From positions 1-34,002 of the forward strand of contig JAGLIS010000010.1 in assembly GCA_023142835.1 (NCBI GenBank): DNA of 34,002 bases. The letters run 5' to 3'. Both the position numbers and the translations under genes were made by a program. The notes under the pieces are model-generated. The model was not told the DNA's origin and searched no databases. It saw nothing but the letters and a program-made list of their open reading frames with translations. Positions within the stretch are counted from its first letter, which is position 1. Every line of letters begins with the position of its first letter. This DNA is from Candidatus Pacearchaeota archaeon (lineage in GTDB: Archaea; Nanobdellota; Nanobdellia; Pacearchaeales; GW2011-AR1). Below are positions 1-9,889 of the stretch, in pieces.

Positions 1-36
1 ACACGGAGAGAACATTGTATAAACTTAATTGGTTTC

Positions 37-819
37 TTAATCTTTCCAAGCAGTATCAAATAAATATACCAACGAACTTATGAAAAATGGAGAATTAATC
101 CATACACCATAATCAAAATCTTCGTGAACGTTTGTTGGTTTAATCGTAAAGATAAGCTCAGATCTATCAGAGATAATGAAACGAGAGTTGATTGGTTTAG
201 ACTTAATTGTAACACCTAATTTCTTCGATAACTTATTTGCTTCGTCCTTGTCATCCGAAATCATAACCTTAACATCGACCTTTCGTTTCTTTAATTTCGT
301 AAAAATATCTTTAAACATTTTTTGTTTTGACAAAAGCTCATAAGCTGAAGATGTTAGGTATACCATCTTTTCAGAACTTTCCATAAGTGTCTTCATTTGT
401 AAATAAAGGTTGCTTCGTCCCTTAATTGAGGTAGAAAGTTCATGGTTCTTAGTCGGCTCAAAACCTGTTTTATGAAGCTCTTTTAATTCTTTATATTCTG
501 TAGTATCTTTTAAACCAGATAATGTTTTTACCTTTTCTTCAGAGAGCTTAATAGTGTTATTTTTCAATTTCTCGATAACGATTTCAGGTTTCACCGCGAT
601 ATATTTTACAGGTTTACCTAATTTTTGGATTACAAATCCTTGCTTTTCAAGAGATTCAAAAACATCATAAGTTCGGCTTCTAGGAACTCCAGAGAGTTCT
701 GAAACCTCTCCTGCCGAGGAGATACCCTTTGAAAGCAAAGCTAACCATACTTTTGTTTCATAAATATTCAAATCAAAATAATCTTTGATTTTTGCTATTA
801 ATTCGTTTTTTACTAACAT
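37..819 (-). CDS. trmB: TrmB-family transcriptional regulator (N-terminal wHTH plus effector-binding domain)
   Basis: 260 aa; LNIYETKVWLALL...GEVSELSGVPRSRTYDVFESLEKQGFV...GKPVKY is the TrmB wHTH signature. Confidence 0.9.
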   Translation of the reverse strand: MLVKNELIAKIKDYFDLNIYETKVWLALLSKGISSAGEVSELSGVPRSRTYDVFESLEKQGFVIQKLGKPVKYIAVKPEIVIEKLKNNTIKLSEEKVKTLSGLKDTTEYKELKELHKTGFEPTKNHELSTSIKGRSNLYLQMKTLMESSEKMVYLTSSAYELLSKQKMFKDIFTKLKKRKVDVKVMISDDKDEANKLSKKLGVTIKSKPINSRFIISDRSELIFTIKPTNVHEDFDYGVWINSPFFISSLVYLFDTAWKD

Positions 820-1067
820 GTTGTTACTAGGAAATAGGGCCTATATAAAGGTTTTGATTGTGTTGTGTTTGTTCAGGGGTGACAGAATAGAAAGTAATTA
901 AAAAATTAATTTGACTTATTTCATTTATAATTAATAATTAAATTATCCGTCATGCCATCTCGCTACGCTCCCGGCACAAGAACCTACTTCGCAGGCATTG
1001 TGCGCATAAAGATTAAACTTTTTTGAAAATATCTAAACTCAACCGAGGTCCTCGCCAGAAGCGATAA

Positions 1068-2036
1068 TTAAATTAATAAATTAAAACGTATTATCAACCA
1101 AGTAATTAACATTGCTAAGAAAATTCCAGAGACAATAAAAGGCATTGCTGGATAGAATTTCTTTTTATTTGAAAAAATTAATAATAAACTTAAACCTAAT
1201 AATGCTCCGAAGATTATTCCTATTGCTGACCAAAGACCCCAAGTTTTCATTACAATTCCAGCTGTAATTAAAGGGAAAATAATATCTCCTCCACCAAGAA
1301 TTGCAACATTTATTTTTATTGATTTTTTGTTTGCTTCTTTTTTAGAGGTTATCTTTTCTTTTATTTGTTGCCTAATTTTTTTAATTTTTTGTCTTTGTTT
1401 TTTTGAAGCATATGGAACATAAAATCCTCCGAAAATTTTTAATTCATTCATTTGGAATTTTGCCATTTTTTGCATTATCTTAGATTTCCAGACTGCCCAC
1501 ATATCATAAACTGAGATTAGAATTAAAAGAATAATTATTGAAGTTAAATTTAGAAGAGGAACAAATACTGCTGCTATTCCAGGATAGATTAATAATTCTG
1601 AAAAATTATGTATTAAGAAATTTCGTCCATATATTTTCCAAATTGCTAATGGTACTGCAAAAACTAGTGCTATTAAAGAAGCGTATTTTATCACTGGTAA
1701 AAAAGATGTAAAAGAAATTCCTAGTGCAAGAATTGTTACGAGAAAAAACCAAGTTTTCAAAACAAATTTTGCTTTGAATCTAGTAAGCATAAATAAAATT
1801 GCAATTGCAATTGCAAAAGATATTAAAATTGAGGTTAGATTTGTTTTGTAATCTTTTTCTTCATCTATTTCAGGAATTTCCATACCATAAGGTAAATTTT
1901 TTGTTGCATTAATTTTTGTAATTTCTCCATCAACGAATTTTTGTGTTGCATATTGATTAATAACATAAAGTCCAATAAATTGTGTTAATAAAAACATAGT
2001 AAGAATTATAATAGTTATTTTTGCGTTGTGTTTCAA
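1068..2036 (-). CDS. Presenilin/signal peptide peptidase family GxGD intramembrane aspartyl protease
   Basis: Multiple TM segments, YD (SVYDMWAV), LGGGD and PAMPF motifs. TTG start at 2036 chosen because AGGTGA (2047-2042) lies 5 nt upstream; the ORF track start is 2045. Confidence 0.9.
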   Translation of the reverse strand: MKHNAKITIIILTMFLLTQFIGLYVINQYATQKFVDGEITKINATKNLPYGMEIPEIDEEKDYKTNLTSILISFAIAIAILFMLTRFKAKFVLKTWFFLVTILALGISFTSFLPVIKYASLIALVFAVPLAIWKIYGRNFLIHNFSELLIYPGIAAVFVPLLNLTSIIILLILISVYDMWAVWKSKIMQKMAKFQMNELKIFGGFYVPYASKKQRQKIKKIRQQIKEKITSKKEANKKSIKINVAILGGGDIIFPLITAGIVMKTWGLWSAIGIIFGALLGLSLLLIFSNKKKFYPAMPFIVSGIFLAMLITWLIIRFNLLI

Positions 2037-2127
2037 TTTAATCACCTATTTTATAGAAAACTTTGAGATTTTTAAATGTGTGTTACAGAAGAATAATTCT
2101 TATAAATTCAGAAGAAATTATTTACTT

Positions 2128-2667
2128 ATGGAAGAAATATATTTTGTTTCTGGAAACAAAAATAAATATGAAGAAATTCAAAAAATTATAAATATCAATT
2201 TAGGTCACTTTGAGATTAATCTTGAAGAAATTCAATCTAAAGATATTTATGAAATTGTAAGAGAAAAGGCAAAATTTGCATATAATATTTTAAAAAAACC
2301 AGTGATTGTTGAAGATGTTGGTTTTTATTTGGAATGTTTAAATCAATTTCCAGGACCTTTGATAAAATTTTTGATTGGTTCTATTGGACCAGAAGGCATT
2401 TCTAATTTAGTTAAAAATTATAAAGAAAAAGCTTGTGTTGTTCGTTGTGTTTTATGTTTTTTTGATGGTAAAAAATTTAATTTTTTTACAGGAGATGTTA
2501 ATGGAAAAATTGTTAAACCGATTGGAAGAAAAGGTTTTGGATTTGATCCAATATTTAAACCAAAAGGAAACAAAAAAACATTTGCACAGATGACAAAGGC
2601 ACAGAAAAATAAAATATCACATAGATCTATTGCTTGGAATAAGTTTGGGGAATTTTTGGGGAAATAA
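2128..2667 (+). CDS. rdgB: Non-canonical purine NTP pyrophosphatase (RdgB/HAM1, ITPase)
   Basis: FVSGNKNK, VEDVG, FPGP, GFGFDPIF, KNKISHR motifs; ATG at 2128 downstream of a TATA box. Confidence 0.95.
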   Translation: MEEIYFVSGNKNKYEEIQKIININLGHFEINLEEIQSKDIYEIVREKAKFAYNILKKPVIVEDVGFYLECLNQFPGPLIKFLIGSIGPEGISNLVKNYKEKACVVRCVLCFFDGKKFNFFTGDVNGKIVKPIGRKGFGFDPIFKPKGNKKTFAQMTKAQKNKISHRSIAWNKFGEFLGK

Positions 2668-4557
2668 TTATCGCAACCTTAAAGTCTCTAATCCTCTGGG
2701 AACATTTGTTTCAACTCTATTTGCTTTGTATAACGAAGAAGCTAAATCTAGACATTTTGAAATTTCCCCGTGATTTACAATTATTCTTTTTGGTTTTGGA
2801 TTCATATTTCTTATATAATTCATTAATTCATTTCTTCCAGAATGAGGTGAAAGTCCGTTTATAAGTTCTACTTTCATATTAACATTTATTGTTTTCATTG
2901 AACCGTTATCTTCTATTTTTACCATTTTTGCTCCTTCTTGTAATTGTCTACCTACTGAACCTGGACCTTGATAACATGAAAGAATTAATAAATTATTTTC
3001 ATTTTCAGCAAAATTTTTCAAATATTCTACCGATGCACCACCTACAAGCATACCTGAGGTTGCAATTACAATGCAAGGTCCCCCTTCAATAACTTCTTTT
3101 CTTTCGTGTTGTGAACCAACTCTTTTGAAAACATCTGAAATAAACGGATTATTATCTTGAAAAATTTGATTTCTCACACTTGCAGATAAGAAATCTGGAT
3201 AAGCTGTATGAATCGCATTAATATCCCAAATCATCCCATCAATATAAATCGGGACTTTCGAAATTCTTCCAGTTTTCATTGCATCTTCAAGGATAAGCAT
3301 CTTTTCCTGAGCATGACCTGTTCCCAATTCCGGAAGCAAAACCTTGCCCCCACTAGATATAACCTCATTTACAAAATTAATTAATTCGTCTTCAGATTCT
3401 TTTCGTGGAGGATAATTGCAATCCTTCCCCCCATAAGTCGATTCTAATTGAAGAGTTTCGATTCTAGGAAAATACGACGTCGCCGCTTCAAGTGAACGAG
3501 ACTTCCCGAATTTAATATCTCCAGAGTAAACATAGTTATGTAATCCATTCCCAATGTTGAAATGAATCATCGCTGAGCCAAGAGTATGACCTGCATTATA
3601 CAATGTAATTCTTACATCGGGCGTGATGTCAGTCACTTCACAATAGTTCAATGAGATAGAATGTTTAACCATATTCCGAATGTCAGTAGACTTGAATAAC
3701 GGAGCCACAGCCTGTTTATATGCAACGCCGATAAAATCTAAAGCCATCAATGCAGAGATGTCCCTCGTAGGTGCCGTCATGTAGACAGGTCCTTTATATC
3801 CCATCCTATACAAATAAGGAACCAGCCCCGAATGGTCAAGATGCGCATGCGATACAATAACGGCATCAATTATTGATAAATCAAATTCAGGAACTTCAAG
3901 ATAAGGATATTTATTTTTGTCACTTGAAGATACATCCACTCCACAATCGATTAAGATTTTTGATATGGGTGTTTGCAAAAGAAAACAACTTCTTCCTACT
4001 TGTCGCCCACCACCGAGCGCAGTAATCCTTACCCATTCTTCAATTTTTTCAGGGTTCCATCCTTGATAGATTTTCTCTCCGATATTATTTAGGAATTTCT
4101 TTCGGTATGAATTGTCTTGATAAAGGACCTCACGTATCTTGTCAGTAATCTTGGATTGGATTGCAGCGGAACGTTGAACTTGGGGTGTCCACATAGTCGC
4201 ATGTTTTATTTCTTTCAGAAGAAAACCTCCTTTCCCAATTGCTAAACCAGGTCTTTTTGTCTCAAGAATTAATGTGCTTCTCTGAGGGTCAAAAATTATT
4301 TGTGTGAGTTCGGACTCTTTCGGAATAATTTCCCTAACTTTCTTCTCTGTTTCATCTTGGGACAAAAGGAGCGATTTATCTGCTCGAAGTTCTATCCTTT
4401 TCTTAATTGTATTTACGACATCTTTTATCGCCGCGTCACCGTTTTTGAAAAACGCACTGTCTGTAGTATAAACTATAATATTCGCTCCTTCAAATATTGT
4501 TGAACTGACTACACCCCGCGGTAGCTCAGATTCTATTGTTTTTAAGATATCTGCCAT
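2668..4557 (-). CDS. fttA: aCPSF1/FttA: KH-domain beta-CASP metallo-beta-lactamase ribonuclease / termination factor
   Basis: 629 aa; N-terminal KH domains (PGLAIGKGG), SHAHLDH, AGHTLGS, ESTYG, NHGE; directly downstream of psmB as usual in archaea. Confidence 0.95.
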   Translation of the reverse strand: MADILKTIESELPRGVVSSTIFEGANIIVYTTDSAFFKNGDAAIKDVVNTIKKRIELRADKSLLLSQDETEKKVREIIPKESELTQIIFDPQRSTLILETKRPGLAIGKGGFLLKEIKHATMWTPQVQRSAAIQSKITDKIREVLYQDNSYRKKFLNNIGEKIYQGWNPEKIEEWVRITALGGGRQVGRSCFLLQTPISKILIDCGVDVSSSDKNKYPYLEVPEFDLSIIDAVIVSHAHLDHSGLVPYLYRMGYKGPVYMTAPTRDISALMALDFIGVAYKQAVAPLFKSTDIRNMVKHSISLNYCEVTDITPDVRITLYNAGHTLGSAMIHFNIGNGLHNYVYSGDIKFGKSRSLEAATSYFPRIETLQLESTYGGKDCNYPPRKESEDELINFVNEVISSGGKVLLPELGTGHAQEKMLILEDAMKTGRISKVPIYIDGMIWDINAIHTAYPDFLSASVRNQIFQDNNPFISDVFKRVGSQHERKEVIEGGPCIVIATSGMLVGGASVEYLKNFAENENNLLILSCYQGPGSVGRQLQEGAKMVKIEDNGSMKTINVNMKVELINGLSPHSGRNELMNYIRNMNPKPKRIIVNHGEISKCLDLASSLYKANRVETNVPRGLETLRLR

Positions 4558-4651
4558 GGTTTCTTTCTTTTTAGAAAAAAGAAATTTCCCGCAAGTAGAA
4601 AAACTTAGTTTCCAAAACTGCGTTTAGATCTTTTTTCATTTTATATGATAA

Positions 4652-5317
4652 TTATTTACGTTCTCGATAAACACTCTCTACTCTTTGTTTTGAAACGTGT
4701 TTAATCCCCTCTTTTGTAATTGTGAACACATCAATCCCACACCCCGACGCAGTATCTCGCTCAGAGGACGCCCTTATAGCTTCTGTTGCTAATTCCACCC
4801 CTTCTTCCATAGTTAAATCTTTTCGATAGGATTTTTCCAAAAGCCCCAATATATACGGCATCCCTGAAGAAAAATTCGCATCAAAATCTTCAACTTTCAT
4901 AACACTTCCCGCAGGTTCAATAGAATAAAGTTCCGTAGAACCATCTTCATTTACTCCTCCGACCATCAATCCTGCGATAAATTGAATCATTGTTGGTTGT
5001 CTGATGTTTCTATAATTAATTGCCGCGATTAAATTTGCAGCTTCCTTAACTGTAGGTCTTTTTCTCTCCTTTAATTCCTTCATTCTTAACTGTGCCTTTA
5101 CTATTCTTTGTAACATATCAATATCTGAAGCTACACCAGTTCCGGATGTAATTAGGTATTCATTAATTGAGATAATCTTATCAGTATTTTTATTCATAAC
5201 AATACTACCTCCAACTGTAGCCTTCCTATCCCCTGCCATAACAACACCATCTTTACAGATAATTCCAACTAAACTAGTACCGCTTGACAAGATATTTTTC
5301 TTTAAATTTTCATCCAT
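4652..5317 (-). CDS. psmB: Proteasome beta subunit
   Basis: Propeptide followed by G-TSLVG, DGVVMAGDRKAT, ERDTASG. Confidence 0.95.
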   Translation of the reverse strand: MDENLKKNILSSGTSLVGIICKDGVVMAGDRKATVGGSIVMNKNTDKIISINEYLITSGTGVASDIDMLQRIVKAQLRMKELKERKRPTVKEAANLIAAINYRNIRQPTMIQFIAGLMVGGVNEDGSTELYSIEPAGSVMKVEDFDANFSSGMPYILGLLEKSYRKDLTMEEGVELATEAIRASSERDTASGCGIDVFTITKEGIKHVSKQRVESVYRERK

Positions 5318-5398
5318 TTTAGAATCTAATAAATTTAGAACTTATGATAGTTGTTAGAATAGACTGTTTAAAAAGTTTTTGGTGGGGGAGAGTGTTAA

Positions 5399-6661
5399 CT
5401 ATTCGTGGCTTATCATGATTTTCTGCTCTTCTGTTAATTGCGTGGCTTTTTCCTCCATTTTAGTTATTTGAATATTATTTATACTATTCATTAACATAGT
5501 ATTCCATCTGTTTCCTTGAACTCCAACACCACATTTATCAGCAGGAGTTGTTTTATTCTTAACATCTTTTCTAATGAAATTATGAAAAACCTTAAATCCG
5601 TCTTGATATGTTTGGGTTTCTGTAACTCCTTGTCTTACTTTGTGAAATTCTTTTTGTTGTGAGTGATGGCTCTCTATTGCGTTATTATTAACCTCTTTTC
5701 TTCTGCCTATTATTGAAGTAAATTTAACTTTTCTTTCATTTCCCCAATTTCTAAAAGTTTTTCTACATCCATCTTGATAACCTTTGTAACCATCTACTAT
5801 AATTTGAAAAGGGATTTTTCCGTTTTGTTTCCATGCTTCCGTAAAAACCTTTTGGGCGTCTTTTGATTTTCTACTTCTACCAGAATTAATCGAAGCAAGA
5901 AGAAACTTAGTTTTATTATCCATAACATTCCAAACATAATCAAAATTAGTGTTTGGTGCTTTCTTATCTTTTCCTCGTTTTGTTAAAATTAAAGTTTCGT
6001 CTGCATTCCAAACCCCTTTAATATTTGGCTGAATTGTTTTTGAGTATTTTTCCATAACTTTACTAAACTTTAATACCCAGTTTCTAATAGTAACATGAGA
6101 AATTTTTAAATTATAAAATTGTTTGAATTGGTCGGAAATATCTCGGTAACTCAAACCCTTATAATAACAATCCATAGCAAGACAAACCATTTTCTCGTTT
6201 CCTTTAATGTTTTTAATTGGCTCTAAAACAAATCTTTTCTTACATTCTTTACAGCAATAAATTTGTTTTTCTTTTAGTTGTGTTTTTCTTACTCCTCTCT
6301 TAATTATATTTTCAGAAGAACAATGAGGGCATAAATCTTTTTTTGGTTCTTGAATAATAAACTCTAATTCTTCTTCAACTTCGGGCTTAACTTCGTATTT
6401 GGATTTAATTTTTTGAAATAAAATAATTGCTTTAATGTGTTTACAATAAAGTCCTTTTCCTCTACACCTTTTTATGAAGTCGGGGCAAGAGCAAGAATAA
6501 CTATCTAAATGTGTAATTTCATATTTTTTATTGCTATCAAATTGAGATGGGACTATGTAGGTATTCTCGTCTAAAACTTCGGGGTTGCCTCGTTTTAATA
6601 TTTGTCTTGCTTTTTCTTCTCTTGATTGAGAAAATTGTTTTATTGTTTGTTTTGTTTCCAT
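5399..6661 (-). CDS. DDE transposase (IS6/IS240-like core) with N-terminal SWIM zinc finger and zinc ribbon
   Basis: CSCPDF..CKH (SWIM), CPHC..CKEC ribbon, HTH (GLSYRDIS..SHVTIRNWV), WNADET / IIVDG / NNAIESHH catalytic motifs. Confidence 0.9.
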   Translation of the reverse strand: METKQTIKQFSQSREEKARQILKRGNPEVLDENTYIVPSQFDSNKKYEITHLDSYSCSCPDFIKRCRGKGLYCKHIKAIILFQKIKSKYEVKPEVEEELEFIIQEPKKDLCPHCSSENIIKRGVRKTQLKEKQIYCCKECKKRFVLEPIKNIKGNEKMVCLAMDCYYKGLSYRDISDQFKQFYNLKISHVTIRNWVLKFSKVMEKYSKTIQPNIKGVWNADETLILTKRGKDKKAPNTNFDYVWNVMDNKTKFLLASINSGRSRKSKDAQKVFTEAWKQNGKIPFQIIVDGYKGYQDGCRKTFRNWGNERKVKFTSIIGRRKEVNNNAIESHHSQQKEFHKVRQGVTETQTYQDGFKVFHNFIRKDVKNKTTPADKCGVGVQGNRWNTMLMNSINNIQITKMEEKATQLTEEQKIMISHE

Positions 6662-6663
6662 CT

Positions 6664-6729
6664 TATATACCTATTAGGTATATACCCTTTATAAAGATTA
6701 TTGTGATGTAGTATACTCTTTAGGTATAC
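6664..6729. promoter_or_regulatory. Transposase promoter with two operator-like palindromes around a TATA box
   Basis: TATATACCTA-T-TAGGTATATA (6664-6684) and GTATAC-TCTTTAG-GTATAC (6711-6729) flank TTTATAAA (6688-6695). Confidence 0.65.
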
Positions 6730-6805
6730 ATAACTATTATAATGTGTTTAGTCTTATATGTTATAATAAACATATATTTATAAGCACATAAGAGTATTAA
6801 TAAGC

Positions 6806-7030
6806 ATGGAAGACCGTGTTATTAGTATGAAAAAAGAGGGCTTTGGTGTGAACGTTCTTATTTTGGGTCATCGTTGTCATCGTTGTAAACACGCTTGGGT
6901 TCCACGAGATATAAGTGAAATTCCAGAAATATGTCCTAAATGTAAAAGCCCCTACTGGAAGAAGCCTAAGACAAGATTTACTAAGAAAGAATTAAAGAAG
7001 ATGAATAAGAAAAAGGAGAGTAAAAAATAA
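6806..7030 (+). CDS. Small zinc-ribbon protein with basic tail (putative regulator), divergent from the transposase
   Basis: CHRCKHAWVPR...CPKCKSPYW; stop overlaps the methyltransferase start (TAATG). Confidence 0.75.
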   Translation: MEDRVISMKKEGFGVNVLILGHRCHRCKHAWVPRDISEIPEICPKCKSPYWKKPKTRFTKKELKKMNKKKESKK

Positions 7031-8115
7031 TGGCAAATGCTAATTTAACAAAGGCAAAAAATGCCAAGAATGATGAATTCTATACACAGTATCATGATAT
7101 TGAAAGAGAAATGAATGCTTATCTAGAATATAATTCAAATGTATTCAAAGACAAAGTAATACTCTGTCCTTGTGATGACCCTGAATGGAGTAATTTTACA
7201 AAATATTTTGCACAAAATTTTGAGAAACTTAAATTAAAAAAATTAATTTCTACAAGTTATGCTTTTACAAGTAAAGGAATTAAGGGTGAGTATAAAGTAA
7301 CCATATTTGAAAGAAAAAATCCAAAATTTGATAAAAAGAAAGTTGAGATTAAAGGGAAAAATTTTATTCTTGCAAAAGATAAAAACGGAGATAATAAAAT
7401 AGATATAGCTGATTTAGATTATAAATATCTGGAAGGAGATGGAGACTTTAGAAGTAACGAAGTAACTAAATTAAGGGATGAGGCAGATGTGATAATTACG
7501 AATCCGCCATTTAGTTTGTTTAGGGAATTTTTGGTTTGGATAACAGAGGCAAATAAAAAATTTCTGCTAATTGGAAATAAAAATTGTGTTACTTATAAGG
7601 AAGTGTTTCCTCTAATAAAAGATAATAAATTGTGGTCGGGAAAAACAGAATGGAGTGGTGGGCTATGGTTTGAAACAAAAAATCCTGATGATGTAGATAA
7701 AATTATTAATGGCATCAATATGAAGAACGTGCCTTCGGTTTGGTTTACCAATCTTGACCACGGTCGCCGTCATCAAGAATTACCTTTAATGACTATGAAC
7801 GATAATCTGAAATACTCTAAGCATAAAGAAATAAGGGGTAAAAAATCCTATGACAAATATAAGAACTACGATGCTATAGAAGTTTCTTTTACAGATGCTA
7901 TTCCTAGAGACTATAAAGGTGCGATGGGTGTTCCTGTTAGCTTTTTAGACAAATATAATCCAGAACAGTTTGAGATTATCGGAATGGCGGAAGATAACGG
8001 CAAAGGTTTTTCAGGAGGAATTTGGGATGGTAAAAATCCTCATTGTATTATAGATGGGAAAAGTAAATTTAAGCGAATTTTTATCAAACACAAAGAAATA
8101 AAAAACAAAAATTAG
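7030..8115 (+). CDS. EcoRI-family adenine-specific DNA methyltransferase
   Basis: [57 protein letters not shown]. Confidence 0.9.
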   Translation: MANANLTKAKNAKNDEFYTQYHDIEREMNAYLEYNSNVFKDKVILCPCDDPEWSNFTKYFAQNFEKLKLKKLISTSYAFTSKGIKGEYKVTIFERKNPKFDKKKVEIKGKNFILAKDKNGDNKIDIADLDYKYLEGDGDFRSNEVTKLRDEADVIITNPPFSLFREFLVWITEANKKFLLIGNKNCVTYKEVFPLIKDNKLWSGKTEWSGGLWFETKNPDDVDKIINGINMKNVPSVWFTNLDHGRRHQELPLMTMNDNLKYSKHKEIRGKKSYDKYKNYDAIEVSFTDAIPRDYKGAMGVPVSFLDKYNPEQFEIIGMAEDNGKGFSGGIWDGKNPHCIIDGKSKFKRIFIKHKEIKNKN

Positions 8116-8125
8116 TATAAATAAT

Positions 8126-9286
8126 ATGAAAACAACACTAAAGGAATACAAAATAAAAGATATATGCGAAGGATTTGTCTATAATGAATTAGAAGCAAAG
8201 GGACTTTTCGGTTTAAGTGGGACTTTAACTATTCAACCAGAATATCAAAGACACTATATTTATGCTGATGGTAAAAAAGATGTTGCGGTAATTGAGTCTC
8301 TTTTAAGGGGCTATCCAATAGGGCTTATTTATTTTAACAAAATTGGGGAAGACAAACTTGAAGTTTTAGATGGACAACAAAGAATTACAAGTATTGGAAG
8401 ATACGTACAAGAAAAGTTTGCAATTAAAGATGAAAATGGTATGCCACAGAATTTCACTAGTCTTTCACAAGATAAACAAAAACAAATAATGGATACAACA
8501 TTATTGATTTATGAATGCGAAGGGAAAGAGGATGAGATAAAAGAATGGTTTAAAACAATTAATATTGTGGGGGTTCCATTAAACGAACAAGAACTTCTAA
8601 ATGCAATTTATTCAGGAGAATTTGTGACTCTTGCAAAAGAAGAGTTTAGTAATTCGCAAAATTCCAACACTCAAAAATGGAGTGCATACATTAAGGGTAA
8701 TGCTAATAGGCAAGAATTTTTAGCGGAAGCATTAGAGTGGGTAAGTAAAAAAGAGGTAGGAGATTATATGAGCAAACATCGGAAGGATAAAAATATTGAC
8801 CAATTAAAAAATTATTTTAGTAGTGTGATTGACTGGGTTTCTCAAACATTTATAGATGTTGAAAAAGAAATGAAGGGATTAGAATGGGGAAGACTCTATG
8901 AGGAATATCACAAAAAAGGATATGACCCAAAAAAAGTATCAGAAGTTGTACAAAAACTATATGCAGATTCTTGTGTTGAAAATAAGAAAGGAATTTTTGA
9001 ATATGTTTTAGGTGGGGAGAAAAATACTAAACTTCTTACTATTAGAATTTTTAGTGAAGCAGTTAAAAACTCTGTATATGCCTCTCAAGTTGCTGAAGCA
9101 GAAAAGACAGGTGTTTCAAACTGTTCTCATTGTGCCATTGGTCACGATACAAATAAAAATAAGATTTGGAGATTAGATGAAATGGATGCTGACCATGTAG
9201 GTGCTTGGAGTAAAGGTGGAAAAACAGATATCTCAAATTGTGAAATGCTTTGTAAAACACATAATAGAGCTAAGGGAAATAAATAA
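8126..9286 (+). CDS. DUF262 (ParB-like) plus HNH endonuclease, GmrSD-like
   Basis: QPEYQR, VLDGQQR, FKTIN..G.PL in the N-terminus; CSHC...DADHV..WSKGG...[10 protein letters not shown] in the C-terminus. Confidence 0.85.
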   Translation: MKTTLKEYKIKDICEGFVYNELEAKGLFGLSGTLTIQPEYQRHYIYADGKKDVAVIESLLRGYPIGLIYFNKIGEDKLEVLDGQQRITSIGRYVQEKFAIKDENGMPQNFTSLSQDKQKQIMDTTLLIYECEGKEDEIKEWFKTINIVGVPLNEQELLNAIYSGEFVTLAKEEFSNSQNSNTQKWSAYIKGNANRQEFLAEALEWVSKKEVGDYMSKHRKDKNIDQLKNYFSSVIDWVSQTFIDVEKEMKGLEWGRLYEEYHKKGYDPKKVSEVVQKLYADSCVENKKGIFEYVLGGEKNTKLLTIRIFSEAVKNSVYASQVAEAEKTGVSNCSHCAIGHDTNKNKIWRLDEMDADHVGAWSKGGKTDISNCEMLCKTHNRAKGNK

Positions 9287-9327
9287 ATTATTACCTACTT
9301 TCTAAATAGAAACTATTTATTAATAAG

Positions 9328-9669
9328 CTAATCTCTCCACTCAAGACCCCATTCTTTAAAAGATTTCTTCATACACTCCCTATTTTCTTCAAATCGTTTC
9401 TTTCGTTTAACGTGTTTCTTTGCAGAGATAATTAATAAGATAGTTAAGAGATTTAGTAAAATTAATATTGAAATTAAGCTAATAAATAAGGAGGCAAGAA
9501 TAGTCAAAGATAATGAAATAGCAAAATAAACTTTTGAGTAAAATCTGTCTTTATCCCCTCCCCATTTATCATGTAAATAATTTGTATTATCAATGATAGC
9601 GTTTCTTTTTATAAATCCAGCCAAGTCATCTGAATTTATTTTTTGTGGGTATATCTCTCCTTTACTCAT
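9328..9669 (-). CDS. Small membrane protein (transposon cargo)
   Basis: 113 aa with a hydrophobic stretch of about 35 residues followed by a basic tail; TATA-like element upstream. Confidence 0.6.
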   Translation of the reverse strand: MSKGEIYPQKINSDDLAGFIKRNAIIDNTNYLHDKWGGDKDRFYSKVYFAISLSLTILASLFISLISILILLNLLTILLIISAKKHVKRKKRFEENRECMKKSFKEWGLEWRD

Positions 9670-9859
9670 AAGTTATACGGATAATCACAGGTTTATATTA
9701 ATTTATATTATAAAAAGCCACACCACTTAACACCACTATCCAAGCCCCGAAAACTTAACACTCCCTTGGTGGGGAAATTTTATTGTAGTATCTGTTGGCC
9801 AACTCGAGTTGATAGGTGAGAATGTAGAGGATAGTTCATCAAACGAGCGAATGCTACAT

Positions 9860-9885
9860 ATTAAAGGTAAAAATTAAAGGTAAAA
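9860..9885. repeat. 13-bp tandem duplication ATTAAAGGTAAAA x2
   Basis: 9860-9872 and 9873-9885 are identical, just beyond the stop codon of the 314-aa ORF. Confidence 0.75.
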
Positions 9886-9889
9886 ATTT

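Larger units (their letters stand above)
5388..9765. mobile_element. Cargo-carrying unit transposon with IS6/IS240-like DDE transposase
   Basis: Imperfect TIRs GAGAGTGTTAACT (5388-5400) and reverse complement GGGAGTGTTAAGT (9753-9765), 11/13 identical; flanked by direct repeat TTGGTGGGG (5379-5387, 9766-9774); transposase stop codon overlaps the inner edge of the left TIR. Confidence 0.9.
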
